Shown: piece by piece, positions 62,930 through 64,000 of the stretch
Layout: each line of letters opens with the position of its first letter
How positions within the stretch are numbered: the first letter of the stretch is position 1
Source: Octopus sinensis
Lineage: Eukaryota
Reading direction: 5' to 3'
DNA: 64,000 bases
Assembly (NCBI RefSeq): GCF_006345805.1
Contig: NC_042998.1
Coordinates: 191,704,001-191,768,000, forward strand
Notes under the pieces: model-generated
What the model was told of the DNA's origin: nothing
Databases searched by the model: none
The model's input: the letters and a program-made list of their open reading frames with translations, nothing else
Translations under genes and position numbers: made by a program

Positions 62930-63770
62930 AGCAGTCTGCTTGGGAGAAGTTTTTTTTATTGCAAACAGATCAAAGACCTTTGCTGTCGATTTCTGAACCT
63001 AAAACAGGATTACCGCCTCAACTTTGGGTGTGTAATATTAAATTATAATTTCAAAATCCAATGCATTCCATCGAAAACAAAATCAGTCATGCGGATTGCC
63101 TTTCGAGATTAATTCCCAAAAATATGTAGCCACTAGAAGAGACTGTTATAGCTATACTGCAGGCAGAAAGTGAAATCAAAAGTGTTATGACGAACGTTAT
63201 CCAAAGTCGACCAGTAATGGCATAGGATATAAGAATGAAAGCTGTAGGTTTTGAGTATATTACGGAAATAAAAGAAGCTTTAAAAAATAGACAGAATGAA
63301 AATTAAGATGCCAGGAGGTTTTCAATTTGCGACGATATTCTGATGTATTCGCTAAGAGTGGTGGTTCCACTATATTACAAAAATATGTATTGCAACAATT
63401 TCACAGCGGACATCTAGGAATGACAAGGATGAAGGCTGTGATGAGGAGTTATGTCTATTAGCCGTCTATGGACCGTGTTATCGAAAACTTGGTGAGAACG
63501 TGCTGAGGTTGCGCTTTAGCAGCCAAAGCCCCGCCGGTAAAATATCAACCGTGGCCATAGACGAAGAACCCATGGTCTAGGTTAAAATTAACTATGTCGG
63601 ACCGGTAAACGACTTTTACTACCTAATCGCAGTAGATAACCGAACTAAGTGGTCAGAGATTTGCAGGTGCTATAGACCAAACTCTTAGACAACTATATAA
63701 AGTTCTTATACGAATTGTTTGCATGATATTGTGCACCTGACATGATAATTTCAGACAACAGAAGCCTCCT
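62930..63770 (+). mobile_element. second Ty3/gypsy remnant (RNase H end and integrase)
   Basis: VILNYNFKIQ; LQQFHSGHLGMTRMKAVMRSYVY.P..C..C (HHCC), PWSRL..YVGPVNDFYYLIAVD..TKW..APDMIISDN, with stops. Confidence 0.85.
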
Positions 63771-64000
63771 GAGTAAGTCTGAGCAAGTGGGTAGTTCGTG
63801 TTAGTCCTACAGTTCGTGTATTCATAGTTCAAAGTTTGAGTTCAAAATTTACAGTTTGATTTAGTGTTGGATTGTTGATTCTTAAAAGATTGTTGTTATA
63901 TTTGTTTCGATTACATTGCTGTTACAGTGTATTCGTTTATCAGTAATTTGCAGAGTCTTGGTAGTAAAGGTCACTAAGGTAGTCGAATACGCGACAGACA

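Noticed and set aside
63770-64000. Abrupt change to a different sequence at the window end
   Set aside because: Probably the start of another element, but too little is visible to classify.

Overview
AT-rich, repeat-saturated eukaryotic DNA with no host exon I can support, so it is intergenic or deep intronic. The repeat landscape looks like a coleoid cephalopod, probably Octopus (inference from recall, not a database result). It holds abundant (TA)n/(CA)n/(TAA)n/(GATA)n microsatellites, three main tRNA-derived SINE families plus one extra SINE tail type, and decayed transposons: hAT, mariner/Tc1, two non-autonomous Helitrons, a Helentron-type HINE, two Ty3/gypsy remnants, CR1, RTE, a Tx1-like L1-clade LINE, several restriction-like-endonuclease (RLE) LINEs clustered in (TAA)n, and Penelope-like elements (PLEs). 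Nearly all long ORFs in the ORF track are microsatellite artefacts. The most interesting signal is a set of distinct hammerhead-ribozyme (HHR)-like motifs in PLE-type, often fold-back, modules sitting in (TA)n. (i) Two otherwise unrelated elements share a non-canonical core, CCGA(U/C)GA with GAAACUCAGAGU; one of them is a near-perfect ~780 bp palindrome. (ii) A minimal HHR carries a compensatory U3:A8 pair. (iii) A Penelope pseudo-LTR has a tRNA-like Pol III promoter upstream of its HHR in both pLTR copies. All folds were done by hand and none is tested.
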